From positions 248,001 to 312,000 of the forward strand of contig JAQGDQ010000117.1 of assembly GCA_030141605.1 (NCBI GenBank): a DNA stretch of 64,000 bases, given 5' to 3'. Both the position numbers and the translations under genes were made by a program. Within the stretch, counting starts at the first letter, position 1, and each line of letters starts with the position of its first letter. The stretch is from Tubiluchus corallicola (lineage: Eukaryota; Animalia; Priapulida). Under the pieces are notes generated by a model. That model made no database searches, was not told the DNA's origin, and saw nothing but the letters and a program-made list of their open reading frames with translations. Shown here one piece after another: positions 13,641 to 27,789 of this stretch.

Positions 13641-14440
13641 TTTAGACATAGACATAGACATTTTATTTATCGCCTCATTTACACCAGAATACAAGTAGAC
13701 TATTATTGCAATAGTTGTTAATTAAAAAGGATAAATTATGCATAAAGGAAAGAGTTAGGGATGCAGGAGAAAGGGTAGCAAAAGTCAATCGGTCATCAAG
13801 TCAGCCACTCTTCTCAGGTTAGTGTAAAAAAATTGTACAGCTGCTAATTGAAAGGTGTAATATAATTATGAAGTAGGTTAAGAAAATCAACTGTTGACAT
13901 AAATTTATAAGGGAAGAAATTAAACTTGAAAGCAAAATAACTAAATAGGTTATGCAACAAAGAAGCATTAAAATAAAATGAAAAATATGAAATGATGACT
14001 AACAAAATACGTAAAGCATTTAACTAACTGATTAAAACATAAAACAAACTAGAAAAAAGTCAAACTAAAGGAAAATAATAAATCAGTGAAGGAAACAAAA
14101 TATGCATGATAAAATCAAACTAAATATAATGAAACGCAAATATGCAACAATGTTTAATCCAATTATGTTAAGCATAATGCCAAGGACTATGGAACACAAG
14201 AACTAGTGCAGAAAAATGGAGTAAACAAAATATGTAATGAAATATGAGTATGTGACAAAATAGACAATATGGCTCAAAAAATATAATAAAACAACTTAAT
14301 GATAACTGTGAAACAATGAGCAAAATAATTATAATAAAGTGAATACATATGTAGTGAGAAAAGCATAATATGCAAGCAAAAACATAAGTGGAGCAGGCAA
14401 AATTATAGAAAATTATGTACGAGAAAAAAATTTGTAGCTG
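13641..14440 (-). mobile_element. 3' end and AT-rich 3' UTR of an L2/CR1-group LINE
   Basis: (TAGACA)n tail. The motif aaagggtagc...ggtcatc(a/t)agtcagc is shared with the copies at 14825 and 37831. Strongly strand-biased A-rich tract. Confidence 0.5.
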
Positions 14441-14824
14441 CTGGATTTGTTTGAAGATTATCTAAGACCTATTTCAATCATACTTAGACCTATTTTATTG
14501 CGACCTATTGTATTTGCGACCTTTAGCTATACTGTTTTAGCTAATGTAATAATTAATAAAATTTTGGCTTTTATGTTTGCCTACTCTAAAACCAAGAGAT
14601 TGAAATTTCGCGCTTCAGTTGGGCGGCTGATTCGATAACTTACGTTCATTCGACACCCCTTCACATATATGTAGCAACTGAAAATTAATTATGTTATATT
14701 TATAGTTTGTTTTAATCCATTAGTATTACAGTTATAATATGTTTTCTAACATATGAAAAAACAAACGAATTCTAATTCTAAATTTTAATTGTAGTGATAA
14801 GTGCAATTTCAATCGCAAAATCAA

Positions 14825-15000
14825 ATAATAATAATAATAATAATAATAATCTTTTATTTATCTTTTAACACACACAGTTACAATACAATTAATTTAGCAA
14901 CAAAAATGTGAAGAAAGGGCAGCGAAAGACCAATTGGTCATCTAGTCAGCTGCCCTTTGGTTAGTGATGAAATTTTTTTAAAGGCGCTATGCTACAGTTG
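14825..15000 (-). mobile_element. Short 3' fragment of an L2/CR1-group LINE
   Basis: (AAT)n tail plus ~150 bp nearly identical to 37831-38000. Confidence 0.75.
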
Positions 15001-17349
15001 TTTTCAAGTCCCGGTTTTAATTACAATTTTTCTGTGTATTTAGCTATACACGTACCGTATGTATCGGTTAATGACATAAATGATGATACTTACAGTATTT
15101 GTCTATTTTGAAGTCGAAAAAGTGGTTAGTGCTGGCTTTGCTACTTGCTAGTGTCACGGTGCCACTTTAACTAAAGTTATCCTACACGTGTTCTTGTGCC
15201 GACAAAAATCTACATCACGCGTTTATTAAAATGCTGCATCCGACAATATTTAACTATCATCCAATGAAGTGCACTTCGCTTTAACGATACAAACAAAAAA
15301 TCCATAGAGTAATTTTTCTCCCAAATTACCTAATGCCGTCTGCTAAGTCAACAAGTTAGTAAGAACTGTGCGTGCGCTTCACCAATGCTAAAGCAATGAA
15401 ACCTGTCATTCCTTTGGTGCCACACAGCCCAGCATCGTTTTCTTTATATTTAATGTCGTTGTGCCCTCTAGCGTGCAGTATAAAATTTACATGACAGACA
15501 ACCAGCCCGTAAAATGTATGATAGAACCGTCTTCTTTTTCATGTTTCCAATGCTCCCATAAAGTCGTTCCATATAACAGTGCAAAAAACATTACTTTTTC
15601 GCAGCGCCATTTTTGAAGGGGAGATTTTTTGAGCAATCTGCGTACAATAATCATAATGAGATCCAACAATATTGCAATTGGTTAGCTGGGTTTAATTTTT
15701 TTAGTTTTTTGAAACGTTGTTTTCCATTGTTTTTTATTTTTGAATAATTTTGGTACCTGGACTAGTCAATCATTACAAAACATGTTTTGATTTGACAAGT
15801 TTCAATATTAAGCAACCTAATTTTCAGCAGCCCATATCGTCACAGTCAAGCTTTAGTATTTATAAGTGTGATCCTAAGTAAAACGTTCGTTTTCATCATG
15901 AGTAATAAGTGTGACATTCTGTCAAGATAACATATTACCACTTTGGCAACCTTATAAAGTGAAAACCTTTAGCAAACTTGTGTCACATAGTTTGGTGGTA
16001 CATAACAAGTTGATATATACAAAGTAATGTTGCTGTGTATATTCAAGAGCAAATATTTGTCTGCATAAAAATGTAGTCTCAATAATTTCAATGGAATTTG
16101 GTAACTAGAATCTACGTAATAAATGATAATATAAATTACAGTAAAACAAGAACAAAATAAATTTAGTGATAATTTTATTATACATTATTTTCTCATAACA
16201 ATACAAATTTTTACTGCAAACTCAAATTTTTAACAACATAAACATAATCCAGAAAGTGCAGCAACTTGCTATTATATACATCTTGGTAAAAAACCATGAG
16301 ATTAGTATATTAAATGTAGCAACACAAAGTTATTTCAACATTACGTCAGCCATATTAATCTATCTGGAGCCAAACCACAATCGAAAAATAAAAAAATTCT
16401 TATTTCTATAAAGATTAATACAATGATTCTATGATTTCAATGTTTACATTCATTTTGAATTTTTACAATCACTTGCTGTCATTCTTGCAATAATAACTTT
16501 AGCAAAATCAATAACATCCTGATTACTTTCCATTAATTACTAGTACGTAAAATTAACACTAACATCCTAACAGAAATATTATACAATTTTAACAACAAAT
16601 GAGAACTTAGCTACTCTGTGTCCTACTTACCAAAATATTACTATCTATCTAAAGACCTTCAATGCTGATATAGAAAAACCAAAAAAAGTAAAGTTTGTGG
16701 TAGTTTTAACAGTGGCCAAACTTATTGATATCAGAAAAGTTGACATCAAAAAGTTTAGTTAGCAGTAACAGAAACTATCTCTAATTTTAAATTTTTTACG
16801 CTGTACTGTGACAGAAGCATGAAGCATTAATTTTAAACCTGTTGATCTCTATTATGGATCTCAGGTCACTCAGGGATGTAACAATGACATTTTTAGTTGT
16901 CCGTCCCATGGTTAAGCCCCCACTACTACAACACCATTTTAATAATAAGGGTGACTATAGTACATATGATCTATATTTTAACGTCTATGAATGAAAGAAG
17001 TTACAGTAGACCTTGCAACATTACAGTAATGGCACAATACAGTAGTCAAATCAGAGCAGTAATTTAGTGCTGTTCCTATACACATTTTATATGTAATGAC
17101 CTAGTACTTATGTTAATATAATAGTATGTTGTGCAACAATCAAAACACAAACATTTAATTTCACACTAAAATGTGCAGTTTTAATGATTTTCAAAATCAA
17201 CAATTTTCAATAACACTAAAGAACAATTGTTTTAAATCAAAATGTAAAAGCAACTTCTCAATAGTAGATTTCTAGCATGCAGAGTTCTTGTTATATACAT
17301 AAAGAGTCTGAAAACTAATACACTACAAACGAAAAGCTTACAATATATC

Positions 17350-20300
17350 TTATCTTGCAGAACGGCGATGCTTTTTTGTAATTGGTGTGAAACGGCCATA
17401 TTGTGCTTTGTCCGCCTCAATTTCTGATTGTCGTCGTAACACTTTTTCATTGTAACTTTTCATACGACGCATTTTAGCATCTAATTCAGACTCTCTAGAC
17501 CTCTCATGCTTGGACTTATTTGTACTTGTGTCATCATATTTTTTCTCTGAAATTCAAGTACTACATGTATATCAAGGAAGTCAAACTAAGACAACAATAT
17601 GCCTGCGCCTCTATTTTGATTTTAATTTAATTTTCACCACTCACTGTCACACATCATAAAAATTTGCTAAAATTTTTTACCGTTTTTACCCTGGTATCTA
17701 TTCCATTCTACGTTTTATAATAATGCACACATGTTTGCAAAAAGAGAATGTTCAATCATGAAGTAGCAATTAAATCTGTTCGCAAATGAATAAAGATAAA
17801 AAAGAAATGCAAATGATGTTCTTAATGACGAGATTCAGTTTAGCCCCTAAATAAGTCATAATAATATCATAGTCAATGCTATCATCGGTAATACTGGCAG
17901 TGGTTTCACACATTAGTAGTAAAGCTGATCAAACAAGCCCAATTTGGCAATCATCACAGCCATAAATGCAACAAAAGATAATCAAGTTAAACTAATTATC
18001 GCAACGAATTTTTTTCTAAATAGTGGCTTCACACAATGTTAACAAAAGGATGTCAAACGAACCACCAAGTTATTCGTAATAATAACATTCCTAACACTGC
18101 TTTAAAAAACACAACCCTGGCAAAAAATACAATACAGAAACACAGTACAACCTACTGGACTATTTTCAAAAATAAATTAATACTTAAGAGGTTATGCCTT
18201 GTCAAAACAGCACATGTAGGAAGAAGCGGGTGAATTTCTCTCAAGCTCATCCCATACTCTAAGACAGATTTTCATATAACATGAAAAATAATTGCAGCAA
18301 TTTTAATTATCAAAAATAATAATTACTGTTTTTAGCCAAACTTAACTCTGTGAGATGTAGCCTGTAGCAAATCTATCAAAGCATAACTTGTAGATTATGA
18401 CCTGAAAATTTCTGATTTTGCCTTTAGCAACACATACCAAAGAATATGCATCCTGTGTGGGCAAAACTAATCATAAATTAATGTTACTTAACTTCGCTAT
18501 GCACACATTAATTTGCCATACATCTGATATAAATATTAACAACTTGTGTGAAATTTAATTCATTTATGACAAACTGACATGCTATGATGCCAATAATACT
18601 ACCAATTTATAAAAAATAAAATCATATACATTCAGCATAGGAATGGCACCAAGGAAAACTAGGAAAACATACACATTCACTTCTTGTTAAAACTATAAAC
18701 ATGAAGGTTGTATCACAGTCTATATCAGTAAAATGAGATGTAAGGAAAAAATGGCCAATCTACAATGTGATGCACAATAATGAGGCACCAACTACTATGA
18801 ATGCACATCAACCATACACAGGAAAAAACATGTGCGTATCATTTATGTTACACAAAAATGCTTCGAAAACATAATTATACATTTTACGTCTTAACAACTA
18901 ACCAAACATAGTGTATCTTTGATTTCGTATAATGATAATTATTACATCACATACACTTATAGAACTTAAACACAAATATACAATGCAATAAATTAAATTT
19001 TGATTAGTGTCTTCTTCTCTTGATGATCTGCAAAAAATCTCACAAATATATAAAATACTCAAAAGCAACACATGAAGGCCAATAAGTATTCACTTTTTAA
19101 AAGTTTACATACTTTCTACATAAAACACAAAATTAAATATCCAAAAACTTATTTTAAACAAATGTTTGGCTTTTTCAAAGTTACTTTTTCAAACTGAGAA
19201 ATTAGCAAGAACATTAGGCACTTTATCAGGCCTGTATGTGCTACAACAACATCCAGGCTGTTGCTTTAAAGCTGTATACTATAATTCATGTTTTCCATAT
19301 GTTAATAATTAAGATATACCTTGTGTAGCATTTAAGGACTTGCTGGGAAAATGTCTACTATCAAAATAAAGTATAATCATATATGACTGATATTTTCTCC
19401 AATACTGAGGAGCACCAGTAATGTTTTGTCCTCTGCAAAGTGATGAAGTAACTGAGACAGAAAGAATGCAATGCTGCAAGTAAGTAAAACACTTGCTAAA
19501 TGCTGAAATTTCTTCCCCCTTTATCCATCCAGCCATACTTACTGTAATTGTATTACTGTTTAGACTTGGCAACCATTAAACCGGTTTTTTGAGCAGCAAA
19601 TTAGAAGTGGCAATATGTATTATAGTTGTACAATGTAAGTCATAAAAATTTGTTTGCTGCACACAGAAATAGTACAGATGAACTGGAATAATATCTGTAA
19701 AAAAAACTTTAAGCTACTTAAACTACAGACTGCTATAATTTAACAAATGTGTAGCAGGAGATCTGTAAACTGGAAAGCTGGTAGTGGAAACTCACTCATT
19801 AATTTAATCATTTATTTATCTAACTGCCCTTTTACAACTTATGGGCACAACGGGAAGAAAGTGACGCGCAGTATAGAAGTGCAACAAACTATGCTCGAAA
19901 ACATCATTAAATTGCATTAACAAGCACAAAATGTTTCACATATTAGCAGAAACTGATTACATTCATCAGCACCCCAAAATTTGACCGAAGGATGGTACCG
20001 TGACTAGAAATAATTAGCTACTGCAAATACCTGATCACAGTTGCAGTTGTTTTAATGACTAGAAATGCTTTGTGGCCATTTTAAAAGCTAGAAGTGTCTA
20101 GAAATTTTTAGATTACTTAAAAACTGTAATAAAAACTTACATCATTATAATAAATAGGCAACCATGTACCTTAAATGCCATTTTAATAGGTTTAAATAAT
20201 GCAAAGCCGAAATGTAAAAACCGCTACAAACATACCAGCCCGTACTACAGGAGTAAGAACTATCTAATAACAAAAAATTACCATCACGGCGCTTAGCAGG

Positions 20301-23300
20301 TCGTCTGAAATCATCACTAGAATCCGCTTGCCTACGTTTAACAGTTCCTAGCCTTGAGGACAAATCTTTCTTTGGTGAAAAGGGAATATCATCAGGCTCA
20401 CCTATACTACTACCTGAAGATATTGGAGAACCGAGTCTCTGTTGTATAGGAATGTGCGAGTGTCCTATAATAAAAAAGTATGAAAACTTTTGATTGCTTT
20501 AGAAATATCAAAAAAAAAATTGATAGCAACACATCAATGCTAGAAACATTTTTCCAAAGTATAAAGTGCAAGAAAACGTGATACCAATTATGCATTGCAC
20601 CAGAAAATCCACCCACCAAAACACAAGAAACACCCTATATACTGGCCCTGACAGAATCTAATAAATTTAAAAAAATCAGAATTTACTCTACTAAAGTGCT
20701 TAATAAAATGACATGGTATCAACCAATCAGAAGTCCAATAAATTCATAGTAAGCAAACAGCACATTTCAAGTTCGTATTGTGCAAGAAGGTTAAACAAAT
20801 CTAAGCTTAACGCAACAAAACTAAAGGCATCTTTGCTTGCACTAAGCCATGTAAATTCCATATATTTTATTATTACAGTGAAACTAGAGCTGCACGTATA
20901 AGTTCAAAATAATGCATTTGTAAATAACATTCGTAAAATTTAAAAATTCATAAAGCACAGAGAAGTGCTTAAGAAAATCTCGTTTTATTAGTTGACTTTA
21001 GTTAAAAGCGCTTCACAATTTACGAAGGACTGCTGTAAAGGAGAAACCTCTCCTTCTGGACAGGACAGCATGTAACCCACAACAAAAAGATTATTTTTAA
21101 CAGCTAAGCAGCTGATAGTGAAAAGAGGGTTAGAGTTCTGTCAAATCACTAATACAGATCTTTATGTAACAAATGACAACCATTTACCCACCAAATATTA
21201 TGAAGGAATGAATGCATAATTAAAAATAACCGCAGTTGTGGGTTCATTAATTATTAAGAGCTCAATAATACTGGTATTAATACTAAAATAAACATTCATT
21301 GGCTATGTGTTTTAAATTACAAAAAATTATCAAATTAATAATTGATTATTACTTTAGTATGAGCAAACTAATTCTTAGAAATGTTGTAATGATTGTTTGG
21401 TGGGTTAATAGGATTGGATTAAGACCAGGGGGTTAAATGATCTAGTGGTTTTGCAAGTCAAAGATTCCGGATTCAAATTCATACTTGCCCAGGACATTTT
21501 CACATTTTTTTCCAGCATCTTTCATTTCAAAAGTTCGATAATTATGAGAACTTTCATACCATAATTACCCATAATTTTGAAATTAGGATTATACATAATT
21601 AAGCAAAAAAATGTCATCTTACCTTTGGCAACTGATTTACTAAGCTTGTTATTAGATTTTCTGTCAGGCTTATAGTAATCACTGGCTAGTAAAACTACAC
21701 GATTAGATTTGTGCAGTTTTTTTGAAGCAGCGACTATCGAAGAAGGGGAAAGTTCATCACGAACAGGAGTAGAGTCATCTGCTGCACTATGGCCAGCATC
21801 TTCTGGAATGGCATTGTGTGCAGCATGAACAGCAACAACACTACTCATCACACTTCTTGCAACTGGGCTTCTACTTCTTGATAAATGTTCACGTCTCCTC
21901 TTATTCTCTTTCTGCAGCATTTGACGGTCGTGATTTCTAACTCTGGCTAATGAGTTTTGGTGCTGATCGTTTTCGTATGCTACTTTAGATTCTTTCTTAT
22001 TGCGACCGGTGTGTTGCATCCTCCATGGTGCAACTTCCTTCCCGCTATCATCTTCATCACTCCACGATCTACCCCGTTTTGGTTTTGTACGCTCATCTTC
22101 AGAGCTGTCCCATTCAGTTTTAGTTGTCTTTTTGCTTTCCGTGGGTTTCTTATCATAATAACCTTCAAAACATGTACAATTTCAGCTTCAGTCACATGGT
22201 TATTTCTACTACATAATTAAATATAAGTCAGAAGTTTCTAAAAAGTAGCAATGTTTAAGCCATTTAACCCAAAAAACAACAATGAATAAACTCATTTCAA
22301 AAAACAGCAAAAGAAATTTACTAGCCAAATTTACTTATGCTACCAATTAAAGTTTTGCAAGTGATTGATAGGTCCCACAGCAAAAGGAATCATTATCCAA
22401 GAAAGACAGCAATGCATTAATTACAGTGATTGAGAAACTGGAGCTTTGGATAATGCGGTATACCTAACAATTAGTAATTAAGACCAGAGCTCTGGATAAT
22501 GCGGTATCCCCAACAATTAGTAATTAAGACCAGTTTAAGACACCGTGAATTTAGGCCAATGCAATCGAAGACATGAATTACATCTTATGAAATAAATGAA
22601 ACAGGAGGTTACATGCATTGGTTTCTTGATAAAAATTGAAAATTAAGACAACAATGTTCCCATCAAAGAATAAAATCAAAGGTATCTTATGACGCACTTC
22701 ATAAACCTTTCCTAGAAACCTTATAAACTTGTTGCCTTACAAAAGCAAAATGGGGGACCAAAATACAGTGTATGTTATATCACAAAATATCACCCGTATG
22801 TAAATACATATGAATTTTGTGACAAAGATGAGGATTGAGTACAAAATTAAGTAATACCTTTTTCTTCAGATTTTTGCTTGGCTTTTAAATTCTTTTCTTT
22901 TTCCTTGTCCTTTGCCTTCCTTTCCTTTTTTAGTTTCTTCTTGTGCTTCTTGGCTGATGTATCTGCAATTCCTTTAAGGGATACCTTTTTGCTCATATCT
23001 ATATTGGCATGTTCTTCAAATTTTTTCTTTCGAGCTTCTAGAACACCTAAACATAAAACATATAATTAATATTTAAATTTATAATTTAAAAATTTCGTGT
23101 CATATTTATGAATTATAAAGCATATGCTAATATGAAAGGAATCACAAATCATCTAGTGATATAAAACTGGCTCTCTGATTTCAACTTCATTATCAATGCT
23201 CCAAGCAAGCGTACAAAAAGTTGTGATAAGCAACATAAATATTATGATTACAAAATGTGAGCAAAAACAACTTTTAATAGTAAAAGTGTGGAAAGTCACC

Positions 23301-26300
23301 ATAGTCATATGGTACATATAGGAATTACGTTATACCAGTTAAACAGACTTGAAATTAAGTGTGTCTATGTTATGTTGTTTAATAAATCATATTTATCACC
23401 TTATAATCAATTCCATGTTTAAGATCAGAAATTACAAGACAGATAATAGCTCAAAAGATGTGTATAATTGTGTATGTACTTTATACACAAGATCAATTAT
23501 ACAAATACACATGTACATAACCAAAATTCAAATAAACATCATGTTTAGTAGACTCTGGAAGGCTAGGAGTTTTTGCTTGGTTTAAGCATATCTTACCCTG
23601 AGTAGCTTCTGTCTTTTTTCGATCTTTCTCACCGAGGGCAGGTTTAGAATCTAAACACAAAATTTCATCAGTGAATACTTATTTATTCAGTTTAAAGGTA
23701 AATGTATTGCAAACAGCATTTTCTTAATGACCCATCATTCATGTTCTTTAATAATAATGCAATTAAACTAGTAAGTTCAATGGTGCCTTAAATCAAGTTA
23801 CACCAAATTTATATTTTCACAAGGTCTACGGGGCTTACAGAAACAGAAGTGTGTGCACAAAAATAAACCGCTGACAAATTAATTACGTTATTAATAGCCA
23901 ATTAGTTAGCATTGCTACACTACTGCACATCAATCACTGCTATTTCAAAAATACTTTCAAAATAGACTTTCAAAAAAGTTCTAATCATACCTTTCCTTTC
24001 ACTTGCTTTGGTTGGTTCTTTAGGCTTGAGTTTTGTTCTGAGATCAGGTAACTTTTCCACTGGTGACTTCGAGCGGTGCATGCATCCATGAGATTCTAAA
24101 ATATTAGACTGAGATTTTCTAACAGGGCCATCTGATAGCTGTGATTGCGAAACTTTACCTTTATCGACCCCAGATGGCGATAATGACCGATGACGAACCT
24201 CACGCACTTTAATATGGTAAGCCAGGGAAGGCAGTTTGCCAGTGTTAGGTGAACGATAACGTTCTGCTCGCGAATGTTTATCACAGCGCTGTATTTTATC
24301 ATCTTTAGTGTCACTAGAATAAGTCATTTTTCTCTCAATCTGTTCGGTCACATATAATTTTGGTTTAATGTCAGATAAAAGTGAAGAATTCTCTATGGTT
24401 TTTGACTTACTGGTATTAGCAATTTTATCACAGCTGTTTGCTAAAGAAGTTCTTTCTATAGTTCGTCGCTCCTGCAAGTGATTCGCTTGAAAGTCAATTT
24501 TTTTGCTTTCCTGAACCCTTTCTAAACAACTTTTTGAACTTGTTTCATTGTGTTTCTGATTTTCATCATCTTTTTTTATTAATACTTCATCTGGATGCTC
24601 CTCTTGTTCGGGCTCATACACCTCCATGCGTCTTCCGTCTTCCGCTGCTTCCTGTTCATTATCACTACTACTACTTGAAGAATCAGAACTGTAATCATCA
24701 TCACTGTCTGAATCTTCATAGCGGGTAAACTTATCTGAAAATAAAATTTATGTTACAAGAAATGATATTAAGGTTAAATTCAGCAAAAAATTCATTTGTT
24801 TGTAATCATACAAGTTATAAATGCAAATGAATATAAGAACTTGTAAATAAAATGCAATCATCATAGCAGCCACTCATTTAAAGACAACATATTATAATAT
24901 TAAACAGAAAATAGGATAAAAAGAGTGTCATAATTATGATCACGATTAAGAAAGAATACAAGATGGAAAAGAATATAGGTCAACTAAATTACTCATTATA
25001 CGGCAACAAAGGCAGGCGGGCAGCAGCAAGTACACTTAGTACAGTCGTAACATATTATTGTTGTCTGATTGTGATGTCATTTGAGAAGTAAGCAGAAGGC
25101 AGACTGTTATTGTTTACAAAAATTAGTAAACATTTAAAAGGACTAAACGAAATGCTCCTGTTTACACATGTAAACGTGACAGCCTTAATGCTTATAACAG
25201 AAACCTCTAGCAATTCGCAGTACTATACTTTGTACCACATAAATGCATAGTCAAACATATCACCAATGCCACAAAAATCTAGCAAGTCCATTCCTTATGG
25301 GATAATTCAAACTAAACAAAAATTTTTGTTTTTAAACATTGAGCTGGTGATAGCTTACCCTTTGGCCTAGGTGGTGTAGCTGGCTGTGACAAAGGGGCAG
25401 ATATGCTAAGACTCAAATTAGCAAAGTTTATAGGTTTTTTAACAGTTGTCTGTCTCTCAGCTTCTGGTGGGGCCACACTAATGACTAGCAGATTGCCTTT
25501 CCGTTCAACAAATGGCTGTCCAGAAGCAGCTGCACTTACGGATGCTGACCGATTAGGAGACTGGCTAACATCACTGATTACATGCGGTGAGCTCTAGGAA
25601 CAAAATAACATAAGGTAGCCAATTACAAATAATAGTTTATTGTCTTTGCATAATTTGACCAACCTTTCCAACAGGCTTACTTTATAATTGAAAGTAAAAT
25701 CAAAGCTTAGTTGCTGCAGCTTCAGTTACTTAAGCAAAGATAAATAATTTGTAGCACAAATATACTGACCCAGTAATCATTATTTATGATCTTTATTCAT
25801 AATAGTCATGCTCATTAAATTTATTAATGTAAAATTCAGTTACAACACTCAATACTCACTCGTCCAACGTCAAATTTCTTTGTTCTTAATGCAGCATCTC
25901 GTAAAGCTCGCAGGTCATCTTCTTCATCAGTCTGAGCACTATCACTTTCTTGCGATTTTTCATTTTTCTGCAAAAAGGAAACTGTATGACTCTGACAGCA
26001 CTCTGACTGATAACACAGCTAAAAGCTATAAAATTTTATATTCTGAGTGTTTATCTATCAAAAATAAGAAATAATTGAGGATTTTAGATAAGTTGCTTAG
26101 TGCTTACTAGTACACTACAAATAGTTCCATATGAGAGTACAAATGCATGCTGCCAAACAATAAATTAATCCTCAAATCTAGCAGCACTATCTGCAAAATA
26201 CCATTAGTTAATGCAAATGGTCTGCAAGCCTTGGTGTTTTTGTCCATTGGCCATCAGATAGCTTTTTCCACCTTAAGTTTTTAGTTCCACAAGCACGCAC

Positions 26301-27607
26301 ACGTGTCAAGCACACATGCGCACAAACTACCATTTGACGTGTTGGAAAAAAACTTGCAAAACATATCGAATTAGCAATAGCCAATAAACATCAAATTTGG
26401 AAATTGTACAATCTAGCATATGGTACTACAAAACATAGAGCAAAGCCAGCAGATATAAGGCGTCAGCTCGAATAGGGTATAGTCGTATAGAACTACTGTG
26501 CATAACTTGTATTTGCATCTCACCTATGATATTCAATCCAAGTATTATAAAAATTAAATAGTTGCTCTTTATGTTTTAATGCTCTCGGGCTAGATGAAAC
26601 AGTGAAAGCTTGTCACGAAAATGTGCTACTGCTGCAGACAGCTTGCCTCTAGTTTTTTTTCCAATATACTTATTTTTACCGTAGTAACTATACCAACAAT
26701 TACCATGATCAACTTACTAAACAAATAAAACTTTTGTAAAAACTTTATTATTAAAATTCTTGCACAAATAACTTTATAAGAAATTCTGCAGCTAACAATT
26801 TAACTTCACTTAACTGGAAATTGTGAAAGCAGTTATAAAAATGTATCAATATGATAATTTAATTTGCACTTGCTGTTGTAACAATACCTATTATATTACT
26901 TTTTACTACCACAAGAAAATTAAGCACACAACTTACAGCATTAGCTAATGTTGCAAGAGCACGTAATCGCAATTTTTCAACATCTAAATCATCGACCGAG
27001 GAGTCCTGCAAGTGAAATAATCAAAGAACATTTAATCAAAATACAGGCGAGAAACCTCTTATTCTAATATCAGTTAGGTAGGAGAGTAAACCAACAGCAA
27101 ATAACTGGACAAGGTTCTTTTTGGCAAACTACTCAGTGGATGAGTGCTGGCGCGGAGACGGAAATCACTGTTTACTCACCACGAAGGTGAGGAACGAAAT
27201 TATAATGTTAGTACACGCATTTGGTAATTCAATTTAAACACATTAGTTTCTGTTTAAGATTTTCTTGAAATATTGCCGAAATGCACCTACGCCGCAATTA
27301 CGCATTTCAGTAATCCAGAAACATTGCCGAAAAGCGCTTGAACTTTAATTACGCGTTTCAGTAATCCACTATCAGTCAATTTCGACAATCTGTCAAAACT
27401 ATCAAATTCTACTAATCGTGCTAAAAAACCATCACCACAACATAAGGAACTCAAAACACAACGGCTATCTTGTTAGATGACATAAATCTGAGGAAAACGC
27501 ACAGACGTGCGCGAAGAAACATTTTTAATAATAAATTAAAGTGTTTTTCAGCCGTTGAAACTTTTATTGGAGGGTTATTGTAATAAACGTACTTGTCCGG
27601 TCGCCAT
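17350..27607 (-). CDS. Uncharacterised charged, SR-like protein (~777 aa) with a C-terminal CCDC9-like coiled-coil motif
   Basis: Exons 27607-27593, 27005-26937, 25967-25860, 25593-25359, 24734-23991, 23650-23597, 23046-22858, 22162-21623, 20464-20282 and 17546-17350. All are GT-AG and phase-consistent, totalling 2334 nt. Motifs: MATGQDSS, DVEKLRLRALATL, DDLRALRDAAL, DKFTRYEDSDSDDD, LEARKKKFE, RSRSP, ELDAKMRRMKSYNEKVLRRQSEIEADK. Confidence 0.85.
21428..21510 (+). mobile_element. Decayed tRNA-derived SINE head
   Basis: A-box-like TGATCTAGTGG and B-box-like GGATTCAAATTC. No intact cloverleaf. Confidence 0.35.
22441..22532. repeat. Intronic 2 x 46-bp tandem duplication
   Basis: gagct(t/c)tggataatgcggtat(a/c)cc(t/c)aacaattagtaattaagacca occurs twice. 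Confidence 0.9.
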
Positions 27608-27789
27608 TTTTCATTATTGCATTTTTATTTTTCGCCGAGAGATGGCAAACTTCTTGTATACTGCCACTACGACTGTCACAAGTTTCGAAGGAACTATGAT
27701 TACAGTTTAGTACAATCATTGTCCTTCACCATTCTCACCCTCAGTTCAAGTCAGTTGTACTCAGCAGTCAGCAGAACTGACATATAATT

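Noticed and set aside
12427-17350. Single fused gene or operon linking the SR-like and CEP126-like genes
   Set aside because: There is a stop at 17350, an AATAAA near 16175, an in-frame stop upstream of the ATG at 12413, a multi-kb gap and a separate promoter-like region at ~13300-13400.
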